Assembly (NCBI GenBank): GCA_951406725.2 | Contig: OX597816.1 | Coordinates: 63,054,001 to 63,118,000, forward strand | From: Octopus vulgaris | Taxonomy: Eukaryota | Direction: 5' to 3' | Length of the DNA stretch: 64,000 nucleotides | In this document: piece after piece, positions 40,693 to 55,199 of the stretch | How the letters are laid out: every line of letters begins with the position of its first letter | Position numbering within the stretch: position 1 is the stretch's first letter | Position numbers and translations under genes: made by a program | Notes under the pieces: model-generated | The model's database searches: none | What the model saw: only the letters and a program-made list of their open reading frames with translations | Told to the model about the DNA's origin: nothing

Positions 40693-40980
40693 CCACAGCC
40701 GTAGAGCAGAGAGATGATGACGACTGCCCTATAGACTGCCAGCTTGGTGTAAAGTCTGATGCCTCGTTCGGCCCACACACGTGTCCAAAATCTGCCAAAC
40801 GAAGCTCCTGCTTTTGCAAGCCTCATGGAGACATCTTTCTCCATGCTGCAGTTTGAGGACAGGCAGCTTCCCAGGTATGTAAACCTCTCCACGTTGTTCA
40901 GAGTTGTGCCCTCAATCTCAATCTGAGGCTCAGGAGATGTCAGGCCAGGTGCAGGCTGAAGCATCACTTCAGTTTTTGTG
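40690..40980 (-). pseudogene. Internal RTE-clade RT fragment
   Basis: LNNVERFTYLGSCLSSNCSMEKDVSMRLAKAGASFGR...TKLAVYRAVVIISLLYGC. Confidence 0.85.
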
Positions 40981-41416
40981 GAGGGAATTTTACAGATAAA
41001 TATCTATAAGATTCATTTCCCAGTTCTTAGTTTTATTAGATAATTTGGTATGTTTACTAGTACTTGGTAGACTTCATAGCTAACCTTTAAATGTCGCTGG
41101 TGTAATAGTTTGGTTATTCTTCCTGTGAAGATTTTCTGAACCATTTTAAGACGCTTTTAACAATATTGAATTTCACTCTCAAGATCTATGGAGGGTTGAA
41201 CCAGATTAAATTAACCTAACGGTTTTTGTCGTTTTTCTTTAATGCTGGAAATGTTCCAGGTATAGAAATAAACTTTATTCTAAACCAACTATTCTTAAGT
41301 GTTTTAATTGCTTGCGATACTGTCAAATGTTGCTTTAACTGATGATCTACAGGTAATTGTACATTATTTACATTATTTACATTCGATGGATATTTGTCCT
41401 CATCTTGTTTGTTGTT

Positions 41417-41462
41417 AACACAATGTTTCGGCTGATATACGCTCCAGCCTTCACCAGGTGTC
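41417..41462 (-). ncRNA. Type I hammerhead motif (mutated core)
   Basis: GACAC-CUGGUGA-A-GGCUG(10 nt)CAGCC-GAAA-CA-UU-GUGUU. Confidence 0.6.
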
Positions 41463-41780
41463 TTGGGGAAATTTCGAACCTGGATTCTCATCCCTAAGGT
41501 ATTTTTCGATGCTGTTGTTGTTATTATTATTATTGTTGTTGTTGTTGTTGTTGCTATTGTTCAGGTCACTGCTTGGAATCGAAATCGGGATCTTGGGGTT
41601 AGTAGTACGCGCTCTTAACCACTACACCATATTCCCGTGGGCGTAGTGGTTAAGAGCGCGGGCTACTAACCCCAAGATTCCGAGTTCGATTCCAAGCAGT
41701 GACATGAACAATAACAATAATAACAACAACATCGAAAGATACCTTAGGAATGAGAACCCCAGGTTCGAAATTTCCCCCAA

Positions 41781-41826
41781 GACACCTGAAGAAGTCTGGA
41801 GGGTATATCAGCCGAAACGCTGTGTT
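41781..41826 (+). ncRNA. Type I hammerhead motif (U16.1 mutated)
   Basis: GACAC-CUGAAGA-A-GUCUG(10 nt)CAGCC-GAAA-CG-CU-GUGUU. Confidence 0.6.
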
Positions 41827-42623
41827 AACAACAAACAAGATGAGGACAAATATCCGTCGAATGTAAATAAAGTAAATAATGTACATAATTCATCATCTCT
41901 TAAATATAGAACTGCACAGGTGATTGTTCAAGTAATGTTGATGACAATGTTCTTAAGAATGGTGATGGAATTTCTGTTGCTGTAAATAACTCTTTTATAA
42001 AAGGAACCTGACAACTTCATTAAGTAACAGAAAAATAGTGCTTGATTGTCTCTAAAATAACTACGATAGGATGTCTTTGAATATGAGATTAAAGAGTAGG
42101 GGACCAGAAATAGTCTTTCGATATGAGATTAAAGGGTAGAAGGCCAGAAATAAATATCCTTATCTGTGCACTGCGCTCTCTGCATCGGACCAAAGCGTGA
42201 GTTTTATTATCTCGGTCACTTACAGTCCACGGAAAGTTGGTTAAGCTCCGTCCTTGGGAGACTTAAAGCTCATGACAAAACTAAATCTAAGGCTAAGTCA
42301 GTGTTCTAAGTTCAAGTCTCTGCGAGGTCGACTTTGCATTTCATCTTCTCCATAAATTAAAGTTTCAACCCTGGTAAGTCGATTAGCACAACTATTAGAG
42401 CATGAGATGTGATGCTTTGCAATTTTGTAGCTATTTTTTTTTATCTTGACTTCTTTCTAGACGTTCTCTGTCATCCATATTCATACAAACAACTGGTCAT
42501 CGGCTGCCTTTCACAGAATTCATTTTGTTGAAAGAATTCAGACAAGATTTTAAAGAAATAGAAATATCATGATTTCTTATTTTCTCTAAAGGAGACTACG
42601 GCAGCGTTACTGGATATTAATAA

Positions 42624-42845
42624 TTATCACCAAGCTAACATGGCAGTCCTGAAAAATAGAACGAATGCTGCCATTGATTAACTCCAAGGGGCCATCGCCT
42701 CCAGCTAGCAATGTGACACACAAACCTATTATAATGTACACAGATGCGTGTGTCACATAGCTAGTTAGAGGTGATGGCCTCATGGAGCTAATCAACGGCA
42801 GCATTCGTCCTATTTTTCTGGACTGTCATGTTAGCTTGGCGATAA
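42624..42845. repeat. Diverged fold-back/MITE-like inverted repeat, ~100-bp arms
   Basis: ttatcaccaagctaacatggcagtcctgaaaaatag... versus ...ctatttttctggactgtcatgttagcttggcgataa. Confidence 0.85.
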
Positions 42846-43041
42846 CTATTTATTTCAAAAATTTTTTTTTTCCTCTTTACTCTTTGCCTAAAATAAAATC
42901 ACAAAATATCATGGGCACAGCTCTTCTCTCCCTGACTAATCTGTAAAAATAAAGGTTAAATGATTTTATTTGAAAAAAAGTTTATGTATGTGTGTATGTA
43001 TGTATGTATCTATCTATCTGTATGTATGTACGTATATATGC

Positions 43042-43184
<143 letters not shown>

Positions 43185-43197
43185 ATTAATCAATATA

Positions 43198-43276
43198 CTT
43201 TGATACTTTGATACTTTGATAGGTTTCGGCCATTATTGGCCCAGGCCATGTCTAACTTAATAGCACCACCTGGTGC
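43198..43276 (-). mobile_element. Short LINE-type 3' end with (ATCAAAGT)3 tail inserted into the 490-bp unit
   Basis: Interrupts taattaatcaaTATA|gggtgg (intact at 43756-43776); TATA duplicated at 43194-43197 and 43277-43280; octamer tails are typical of CR1-group LINEs. Confidence 0.55.
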
Positions 43277-43492
43277 TATAGGGTGGCAAAAAAAATTTTG
43301 TAGAATTCTTTTGCCACCAGCGGCCTAGTGGGAAAAAATTAAATAGTCATAAACCATTTTAAAGTTCAACATCACAATCAAGGAACGGCCATAATAGGCC
43401 ATTCACCCACTAGAAATAACAGCCAAAAGCTTTAACCGCAAATAACATCAATTCCGTAAACCAGGAGAAAATTAAAAAACATTTACCCTGTA

Positions 43493-43599
43493 ATTTCTTA
43501 TACGATGCACCGTTTCATCTACTGTTTAATGGTAAACTAACCTGATTAAATTAAATCAAACCAATCTACCATAGGCCCTTAGATTCATCAGTAAGAAAT
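43493..43599 (-). ncRNA. Type I hammerhead ribozyme with greatly expanded stem II loop (damaged mirror copy at about 44270-44363 +)
   Basis: AUUUCUUA-CUGAUGA-AUCUA-(~58 nt)-UAGAU-GAAA-CGGUGCAUCG-UA-UAAGAAAU: 8-bp stem I, 5-bp stem II, palindromic stem III, GUA triplet. Confidence 0.8.
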
Positions 43600-44474
43600 A
43601 GCCAAGTCGGAACAGATATTTTTCACGAGGCATTCCCGTAGCTGCCTCGGCAATATCTGACCTAAAATTTTCAAATCGTCGCACTCGCGCCAAATTTATC
43701 GGCAGCAAATAAATATAAGCCGCCGATTCCATTACGGAATTAACCAGAAAATTCATAATTAATCAATATAGGGTGGCAAAAAAATTTTGTAGAATTCTTT
43801 TGCCACCAGCGGCCTAGTGGGAAAAAATTAAATAGTCATAAACCATTTTTAAGTTCAACATCACAATCAAGGAACGGCCATAATAGGCCATTCACCCACT
43901 AGAAATAACAGCCAAAAGCTTTAACCGCAAAATAACATCAATTCCGTATAATTTATTTTGCGGTTAAAGCTTTTGGCTGTTATTTCTAGTGGGTGAATGG
44001 CCTATTATGGCCTTTCCTTGATTGTGATGTTGAACTTAAAAATGGTTTATGACTATTTAATTTTTTCCCACTAGGCCGCTGGTGGCAAAAGAATTCTACA
44101 AAATTTTTTTTGCCACCCTATATTGATTAATTATGAATTTTCTGGTTAATTCCGTAATGGAATCGGCCTATATTTATTTCTGCCGATAAATTTGGCCTGG
44201 GATTTGAAAATTTTAGGTCAGATATTGCCGAGGCAGCACGAATGCCTCGTGAAAATATCTGTTCCGACTATTTCTTACTGATGAATCTAAGGGCCTATGG
44301 TAATGATTTAATTTAATCAGTTATTTACCATAAACAGTAGATGATACGGTGCATCTAAGAAATTACAGGGTATGTTTTAATTTTCTCTGGTTTACGGAAT
44401 TGATGTTATTTTGCGTTAAAGCTTTGGCTGTTATTTCTAGGTGAATGGTATATGGCCGTTCCTGATTGTGATGT

Positions 44475-44578
<104 letters not shown>

Positions 44579-44613
44579 TATATCTGTCTGTCTGTATGTT
44601 TTATGTATGTATG

Positions 44614-44647
<34 letters not shown>

Positions 44648-45173
44648 TGTGTGTGTTTATATGTACCATATATGTATGAGTGTATGTATGTATGTATGTA
44701 TGTATGTATGTATGTATGTATGTATGTATGTATGTATGTATGTATGTATGTATGTATGTATGTATGTATGTATGTATGTATGTATGTATGCGTAGACACA
44801 CACACACACACACACACACACGAGTTAAAGGGTCGGGGTGCGCGCACGCAGATCTGCAAATGTTCGACGGAGCTGATTTCTCAATCGATTAAGGTGTAGA
44901 CTAATCGAATTGTAGCTCATACGCGTTTGCTTCTCAGACACGTTCTCCAGATTTTCCAATGCGGGAAATGAAATGTTCGTCTTATGGGAAGTTGTACCAT
45001 TCATGCCTTTCCTAAAAACCCTTAGCACAGGATGATTAACTCTCTCATCCAGTGGAATTATTCCGACAATTTCATATTTGACGATCGACACCCAAACAAA
45101 AATCAAGAAGCCTCTACACGACGCTTTACCTTGCTAGACATAGCAGCTATATAGTCTTCTGAAGAGTAGAGTA

Positions 45174-46630
<1,457 letters not shown>

Positions 46631-47269
46631 TACATTATTGATGGAAAAAGGAAAAAGGTGGAGAAGGTCAAACCTAAGTCGATAATGTAGTCCTATATAT
46701 ACTGTCTGACTTTTTTGTAAGTAAACAATAAAAGGCGGGATGGTCACAGCTGCAACGCTTTTGATGATAAGGTCTGAGTTCGATGAAAGCTAACTTATGG
46801 TTAAACAATAATAGCGGCTAACGATTTTAAAAATATATTTTTGAGATAAAGGAAGGAAAAAAAAAAGAAAATAAAGTTAATTTCACAACCACCACCATCA
46901 CGCCCTCACCTAAGCTGAAAGACAGGAATGTCAAAAAGAGAAAGAGTGGAGGAAGAGAAAGAGAGAGGGGTGGAGAAAGAAAGAGAGAAAGAGAGAAAGA
47001 GAGAGAAAATGAAAGGAAAATAGGACAGTTACTGCTGCTGCTACTGCTGCTATTGGTGATGATGATGATGATGATGACGATGATGATGATGATGATGATG
47101 ATGGTGGTGGTAGTGGTGGTGGTGGTGATGATTGTGGTGATGATGATGGTGATGTGGTAATGGTGGTGGTGGTGGTGATGATTGTGGTGATGATGATGGT
47201 GATGATGATGATGGTAATGGTGGTGGTGGTGGTGGTGGTGATGATGATGATGATGATCTTGTCGTTACT

Positions 47270-47440
47270 GTTGAGCTAGCAGAATCGTTAGAGCATCAGG
47301 AAACCTGTTTTTGCGCGATATTCATTTCAATCCTTTACGTTCGGGGTTCAAATACCGCCGAGCTCAACTGTGTCTTTCATCCTTTCAAGGTCGATAAAAA
47401 TAAAATACCAGCCAAGTACTGGAGTCAATAGAATCGATTG
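47270..47440 (+). mobile_element. SINE family B, diverged
   Basis: gagctagcagaatcgttagagca ... ggttcaaataccgccgag ... ctttcatcctttc. Confidence 0.6.
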
Positions 47441-47685
47441 AAATTCTTCTCTCATAGTTACTATTTTTTTTTTTTTTTTTGTATTTAAACCAGAAAAAAA
47501 TATATTTATTTTTGTTACTCTTTTCGTCGTCGTCGTCAGTGCTTCTGTTATTTTGCTTGAATCACCTCCGAACGTACGAATTAGCAGAGGCTCTAGAATG
47601 CTGGTCTGATTGCTTGGTGGAGTTAGAGGCCGCAGCCCATGAGTTTCAAACTCCTCCCAGTAGCTAAGACTCCCGAACACATATA

Positions 47686-47965
47686 CATAAATGCCTCGAC
47701 TATCGCGGGTGTTACGTTACAACCCGACACCCACGATAGGTGAAAATCCGCGAAATAGAAACAGTCCTCTTGTACTTGTTTCAGTCATTTGAATGTGGCC
47801 ATGCTGGAGCACCGCCTTTAGTCGAGCAAATCGACCGCAGGACTTATTATTTGTAAGCCTAGTACTTATTCTATCGGTGTCTTTTGCAGAACCGCTAGGT
47901 TACGGGGACGTAAACACGCCAGCATCGGTTGTCAAGCGATGTTGGAGTGACAAACACAGACACAC

Positions 47966-48009
<44 letters not shown>

Positions 48010-48432
48010 TTCATTTTCCGTCTACCAAATCCACTCACAAGGCTTTGGTTGGCCCGAGGCTATAGTAGAAGACACTTGGCCAAGGTGCCATGCAGTGGGA
48101 CTGAACCCGGAACCATGTGGTTGGTAAGCAAGCAACTTACCACTCAGCCACTCCTACACCTATAAAAAATGTGTGACGCTTACAGCACCTAGGTTTCCGA
48201 ATCGGTCACCCATCTAAGTACTAACTAGGATCGTGTTGCTTAACTTCCGTGATCGAACGAGAACAGGTGCTTTCAACGTGATGTATATATTTTTTTAAAA
48301 TTTTATAATTTGCATGTATTTATTTTGTTATAAATGCAAAACAACAGCACAGAGGAATCGACGTAAGCTTAAATAATAAACCACGATATGGTGAACAGCG
48401 ATAGGTGAACCGCAATATTACTGAGGGACTAT
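47686..48432. mobile_element. Tigger/pogo-like MITE containing a nested SINE A (47768-48162 -) and a 5S pseudogene
   Basis: Left cctcgactatcgcgg..gataggtgaaaatccgcgaa and right gcgataggtgaaccgcaatattactgagggacta resemble Tigger-type termini. Confidence 0.5.
48177..48286 (-). pseudogene. 5S rRNA pseudogene (5'-clipped, diverged)
   Basis: Minus: catcacgttgaaagcacctgttctcgttcgatcacggaagttaagcaac...gttagtacttagatgggtgaccg...ggtgctgtaagc follows the invertebrate 5S sequence including boxes A and C; first ~10 nt missing. Confidence 0.85.
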
Positions 48433-48966
48433 AAAGCAGACACAAAAGAGCTGTCACTATAAAAACGACGCTCGAGACGGACTGCCCTTCTCGCCCCTAG
48501 CCTTAGCTACACTACTGGGTGGTAGTTGTTCTAGCAGAAGTCAACTTTGTACTTCGTCAATTAGTTTTTGTTTCATTTTTCTTCTTTGGAGGCTAATAAA
48601 AATAAAGTACGAATCGAGGACGTTTGTGGATTGGCTGAACTGTTACAGGACCGGGTGAGATAACATCTACGACGGCACACATGCTCAACTGTTCTGGTCC
48701 AAGTCAGTAGCCTTTACCTAGAATAGATGCCAAAGGCATGGGTAAGCAGTGGCGTGACTACTGTGTGTGTGTGTGTGTGTGTGCCACCCGGAACGGTCCT
48801 TGAGTTTGCGGCCACCGCGAACAACAACGCCACCTCCCGCCTTCTATATAAAGGCTTATACAGTGAACCCACAAGTGCCGCCCCATCAATGCCTCTCTCG
48901 CTCTGTGTGTGTGTGTTATGTATGTGCTTGTATCTGTCTATTTGTTTCTCACAGCTTGGTAACCGG

Positions 48967-49031
<65 letters not shown>

Positions 49032-49039
49032 TAATAATA

Positions 49040-49096
<57 letters not shown>

Positions 49097-49346
49097 CCTT
49101 AAACAACCCTTATTCAGGGACCTTTCGAGTGGGATGGGTTACTCGACCTGAAGAAAATTCTCAACTGGGCCCCACCTGCAAGGTCATGTGCTGTTTATTT
49201 TGATATGAGATCACCATGTCGCGCACATATGGTTGTGATGCATGTGCTTAGTGTACCCTTATCAGACGGGTAGTCATGATGGGTATACTGGGCTTCGTAT
49301 ATTTTACCCCAGTGTCACTTTGATGGCATGCACTTCTCTCTCACCC

Positions 49347-49347
<1 letters not shown>
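49097..49347 (+). mobile_element. 250-bp insertion inside a (TAA)n array, possibly the 3' UTR of a microsatellite-targeting LINE
   Basis: (AAT)n on both sides (48968-49096, 49348-49393); GC-balanced sequence with local stems; family not recognised. Confidence 0.4.
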
Positions 49348-49391
<44 letters not shown>

Positions 49392-49395
<4 letters not shown>

Positions 49396-49535
49396 GCATT
49401 GAAAAATACCTTAGGAATGAGAACCCAGGTTCGAAATTTCCTCAAGACACCTGAAGAAAGTTGGAGGGTATATCAACCGAAACGTTGTGTTAGCAACAAA
49501 CAAGGTGAGGCAAACATCCGTCAAACGTAAGAACT
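49392..49535 (+). mobile_element. Third copy of the hammerhead SINE body (HHR 49446-49491)
   Basis: GACAC-CUGAAGA-AA-GUUG(10 nt)CAAC-C-GAAA-CG-UU-GUGUU; stem II shows compensatory C-G to U-A relative to the 41.4/41.8 kb copies. Confidence 0.75.
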
Positions 49536-49727
49536 GGGATCAATTTAGTGACTAAACCTTTAATGCGCTTCTCCAACATAGCCCCAATTCAATGACTGGA
49601 TTGAATAAAGGAATATAGAAAATATGCTATGAACATAATTATCCACTGCTGATAGGGGAAACTTGCCAGCACGTGAATCAGCTACCCTTCGTTAAAAAAT
49701 ACCTACTCAGACCTACGCACACGCACG

Positions 49728-49796
<69 letters not shown>

Positions 49797-49844
49797 ATGC
49801 ATTTAAAAACAGACAATTGTGACTGACAGAATATTCTGTAACTA

Positions 49845-50240
49845 AGGCGGTGAGCTGGCAGAAGCGTAGCGGCATTTCGTCTGCCGCTACGTTCTGAGTT
49901 CAAATTCCGCCGAGGTCGACTTTGCCTTTCATCTTTTCGCGGTCGATTAAAAGTATCAGTTACGCACAGGGATCGATATAATCGACTTAATCCGTTTGTC
50001 TGTACTTGTTTGTCCCCTCTGTGTGTAGCCCCTTATGGGCAGTAAAGAAATAGGTATTTCGTCTGCCGCTACGTTCTGAGTTCAAATTCCGCCGAGGTCG
50101 ACTTTGCATTTCATCCTTTCGGGGTCGATTAAATAAGTACCAGATACGCACTTTGGGCGATATAATAGACTTAATCAGTTTGTCTGTCCTTGTTTGTCCC
50201 CCTCTATGTTTAGCCCCTTGTGGGCAGTAAAGAAATAAGA
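49845..50240 (+). mobile_element. SINE family B (two subunits)
   Basis: aaggcggtgagctggcagaa head; core repeated at about 49890 and 50070. Confidence 0.8.
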
Positions 50241-50255
50241 AGATTCTGTAACCAT

Positions 50256-50672
50256 GGCGCAGGAGTGGCTGTGTGGTAAGTAGCTTGCTAACCAACCACA
50301 TGGTTCCGGGTTCAGTCCCACTGCGTGGCACCTTGGGCAAGTGTCTTCTACTATAGCCCCGGGCCGACCAATGCCTTGTGAGGGGATTTGGTAGACGGAA
50401 ACTGAAAGAAGCCCGTCGTATATATGTATATATATATATGTGTGCGTGTATGTTTGTGTGTCTGTGTTTGTCCCCCTAGCATTGCTTGACAACCGATGCT
50501 GGTGTGTTTATATCCCCGTTACTTAGCGGTTCGGCAAAAAGTGACCGATAGAATAAGTACTGGGCTTACAAAAGAATAAGTCCCGGGGTCGAGTTGCTCG
50601 ATTAAAGGCGGTGCTCCAGCATGGCCGCAGTCAAATGACTGAAACAAGTAAAAGAGTAAAAGAGTAAAGAGT
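50256..50672 (+). mobile_element. SINE family A, young full-length copy
   Basis: Complete head to (gtaaaaga)n tail. Confidence 0.85.
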
Positions 50673-51253
50673 ATGATTGGACAGACCTATAATTAAAGCA
50701 GTCCTGAGAAGGACTGGCGTTCCTGTGACAGTCTCTAGCGTCCCATCACAAAAACCGGGAAATCGGCCTTATGAATCTGTATGATTGATGAAGGAGCATT
50801 TTTTTTAATAATTAAAACAGTGAATTAGCTAGAGTGTGCACCGCTCACATCCAAGCCTTCATACAGCAAACCCAAAAGTGCCGCCCTCATCAAAGCATCA
50901 TCCGTGGCGGATCGCAGTCCTCGCTCCACCACATTTTAAAAACGCTACAGCTCCATCGGCCTAAGTCGCCAAGTCGACAGTCTGTCTCTTAGATAAACAG
51001 CAATTACATGGATAGAGGGAACTTGTATATAAGGGCAACTACAAGTCTTCAAGGCACGTCTCAAAGATTTTTACGTCGAATGAATCAACATCAGTAATAT
51101 ATTCGTTTACAGGCTGATACTTATGCTGTCAGTCTCTTTTGGCGAACCACTACGTTACGGGGACATAAACACACCAACTCCCGGTGTCCAGTAATGGTGG
51201 AAGACAGAGACAACGATACACACATAGATATAAGTATACGACGGGCTTCTTTC

Positions 51254-52010
<757 letters not shown>

Positions 52011-52035
52011 GAATATACATACATACATACACACA

Positions 52036-52083
<48 letters not shown>

Positions 52084-52301
52084 CATGCGCATGCGCACCT
52101 TAACATACATATACACATGACATCGAACAAATGTGCTCCTTCCCGCTATCTACCTTCGCTAAATTACTACTCTTACTACTGCTGCTGCTGTTACATAGAA
52201 CAAAGTGCAATGCAGAAGTTTCTCGAACCAAATATATATATAAACAAACATTAAAGTATAATGCATAAAGGTAATATATCAATAAAATATGTATATGTGT
52301 G

Positions 52302-52348
<47 letters not shown>

Positions 52349-52353
52349 GTATG

Positions 52354-52444
<91 letters not shown>

Positions 52445-52459
52445 ATATATGTATGTATA

Positions 52460-52694
52460 TATAATTTCAACAATTGAGGGTAAAATTAATTAATTATTAA
52501 TCAATTTCACCAAGTATTCAGTATGTAAAGGGACCATTTTAGGCGAATTCAAAATATTACATTATATATAAGGGCTTAGTAAAATAAATTACTTTAAGTA
52601 TTAGAAATAGCTGAAGAAATTTCTTTAGCTGCTATTTCTAATGAGTTCAGTATGTGGCAAAGTAATTTATTTTACTAAGCCCTTATATATAATG

Positions 52695-52696
<2 letters not shown>
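52460..52696. mobile_element. Short fold-back element with one-sided tail in (TA)n
   Basis: 52558-52595 pairs with 52659-52696; inner ttagaaatagc/gctatttctaa; unpaired left extension 52460-52557. Confidence 0.65.
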
Positions 52697-52729
<33 letters not shown>

Positions 52730-52733
<4 letters not shown>

Positions 52734-52960
52734 CTTTACTACCCACAAGGGGCTAAACACAGAGGGGACAAACAAGGACAGACAAAGGGATTAAGTCGAC
52801 TACATCGACCCCAGTGCGTAACTGGTACTTAATTTATCGACCCCGAAAGGATGAAAGGCAAAGTCGACCTCGGCGGAATTTGAACTCGGAACGTAACGAC
52901 AGACGAAATACGGCTACGAATTTCGCCCGGCGTGCTAACGTTTCTACCAGCTCGCCGCCT
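52730..52960 (-). mobile_element. SINE family B, young copy
   Basis: Nearly identical to 31765-31984. Confidence 0.8.
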
Positions 52961-53348
52961 TAATATATATATATGTATGTATGTATATGTATATGTATAT
53001 ATATACAAAAAAAAAAAAATTTCGATAACACTTTATTATTTTCTTTACTTTGTGAAATGCGCTTCTGCGACCTGTCACGAGATCTGCAAGAAATAGCAGT
53101 CGAATTTCTGTCGAATTTCAGCCGAAAGTTTAAAAAAAAGAGAGCACAAGAGGCATTATATGTAAGTTATGTTATCAATAATATATTTATGTGAGTTCGT
53201 TTGTATATCTGTATATAATAAGCATTATGGGTCTATCTATCTTATCTATGTATGCATGTATCTATGTATGTATGAATCTATCTTTTTAAACTATCTATCC
53301 TGCTAACTAGCTATTTATCTGTCTGTCTGTCTCTTTCTTTTTCTCTCT

Positions 53349-53448
<100 letters not shown>

Positions 53449-53562
53449 CACGTGATCACGTGACCGACCAGACCATCAGATGTTGTTACACATCGCTGGT
53501 CACAATGCGTTTGCATTGTTTTAGCCTTCGAATGACGCCACCCCGCTGGCTAAGCGAGCAGG
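53449..53562 (-). mobile_element. Probable retroposon 3' fragment within (TA)n
   Basis: GC-rich island between (TA)n arrays ending on minus in the repeated tcacgtga tcacgtga. Confidence 0.35.
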
Positions 53563-53589
53563 ATATATATATATATATATATATATATT

Positions 53590-54015
53590 CTTATACCTCT
53601 TTCGATTATTTGACTGCAGCCATGCTGCAGCACCGCCTTTAGTCGAGCAAATCTTCCCCAGGACTTATTCTTTGTAAGCCTAGTACTTATTCTATCGGTC
53701 TCTTTGGCCAAATCGCAAAGTTACGGGGACGTAAACACACCAGTATCGGTTGGCAAGTGATGTTGGGGTGACAAACACCCACCCACACATACATATATAT
53801 ATACATATACATACATGCATATATATATATACATACATACATACATATATATATATACGACGGGCTACTTTCAGTTTTTGTCAACCAAATCCACTCAGAA
53901 GGCTTTGGTCGACCCGAGGCTATAGTAGAAGACACTTGTCCAAGATGGCACGCAGTGGGACTGAACCCGGAACCTTGCGGTTGGCAAGTAAGCTATTTAC
54001 GACGCAGCCACGACT
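53590..54015 (-). mobile_element. SINE family A
   Basis: Reverse complement of family A. Confidence 0.75.
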
Positions 54016-54363
54016 TATATGCGTGTGTATGTTTGTATGTATATAGTATATATATTACATATATATATATCATATAATATAATATATTTATATTTACGCA
54101 CACACACATATATATGTATGTATAAATATACACACACTCCAACATATATCTACATATATCTACATATCTACATATATATGTGTATGAATACATACATTAA
54201 TTTTTATGCACATACTCATACATAATATATTTGTGTGCATATATGTCGATGAGACCGCTGTGTTGATGCGTGGTGGGCTAGAAACAAGAGCAAACTTCAG
54301 TCAATTCACACCTTACTTTTAAGAACTGAAGAACACGTTAGATATTTTTAATTAGTTATAAAG

Positions 54364-54790
54364 TATTGGGTCAGCCCATAAATAATGCGGTTTTTTTAAT
54401 ACTTCTTTTATTATTCAAAATTAAGAAAAAGTTATTTTTTCATTTAAAATATACCCTCCTTCGTTGTCAACAATGCTTTTTCATTCCATCTGTCTGGTAG
54501 ACTACAAGGCCCCTCTTCTAAAATTCATGTGCCAGCGACGAAAGCTATTCCTGCAGTACTGTTCTGACCTCGTCCACAGAATTCATATTTTTTCCGTCCA
54601 AATGATTTTGAAGACTGCAGAATACATACATGATAATCGGATGGGGCAATGTCCGGCAAATATGGTGGGTGGGGTATCGTTTCCCATTCAAACTGCTCCA
54701 GCCTTTGGAATGTCATCCTCACTGTAATGTTGGAGTCATGACGTTTACAATTTTTTAATTTTGCCATTGACTTTATAAATCTTTAACACC
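54364..54790 (-). pseudogene. Decayed mariner transposase 3' part with one TIR
   Basis: QRLEQFEWETIPHPPYLPDIAPSDYH (mariner HPPYSPDLAPSDY motif); TA-ttgggtcagcccataaataatgcgg terminus. Confidence 0.85.
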
Positions 54791-55199
54791 CTCTTCACGT
54801 GTTTTCATGCTTGTGGTTTCAAGGTGGTTGTAGATCAGGAGGTGTGAGCCCTAGATGGGTGTTGTTAAACCCCCGGCTTCGTCTCCTGAGTGAAGGTATC
54901 TGACGCTTGAAAGACCTGAAACAGGCAAAATCTCAGTAACATCACTGACGATGTATTCAAGTGCATCGCAGGATGATGTCTGAAAAAAAACTGGTTTAAC
55001 ACAGTCCTCTGCTACCACACTTATGAAACATACACAAACTACATTTAAGACATATAATATTAATTAGAAGCTCATTAACTATAAAATAAATGAACTCATT
55101 TACAAAATCTTCATGAAACATGCTTTGAACCAAGCTACAAAAATAACACCAATTGGTGATGTATCTTGTTTAACGATGAAGATTCAAACGTTCGATCAT

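Larger units (their letters stand above)
41361..41915. mobile_element. Head-to-head inverted pair of a tRNA-headed, hammerhead-containing SINE; ~30-nt extra tail on the right; 12-bp TSD
   Basis: A box tagtggttaag and B box gagttcgattcc at about 41644-41693; arms about 41361-41627 and 41641-41885; ACAGGT(A/G)ATTGT at 41349-41360 and 41916-41927. Confidence 0.8.

Noticed and set aside
48177-48286. Functional 5S rRNA gene
   Set aside because: 5' end missing, multiple substitutions, not in an array
52608-52631. CTGAAGA as a hammerhead core
   Set aside because: Lies within the palindrome agctgaagaaatttctttagct; no stem II, GAAA or UH arrangement
54840-55010. Possible HDV-like ribozyme in an RTE-type leader
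   Set aside because: Could not assemble the nested double pseudoknot by eye
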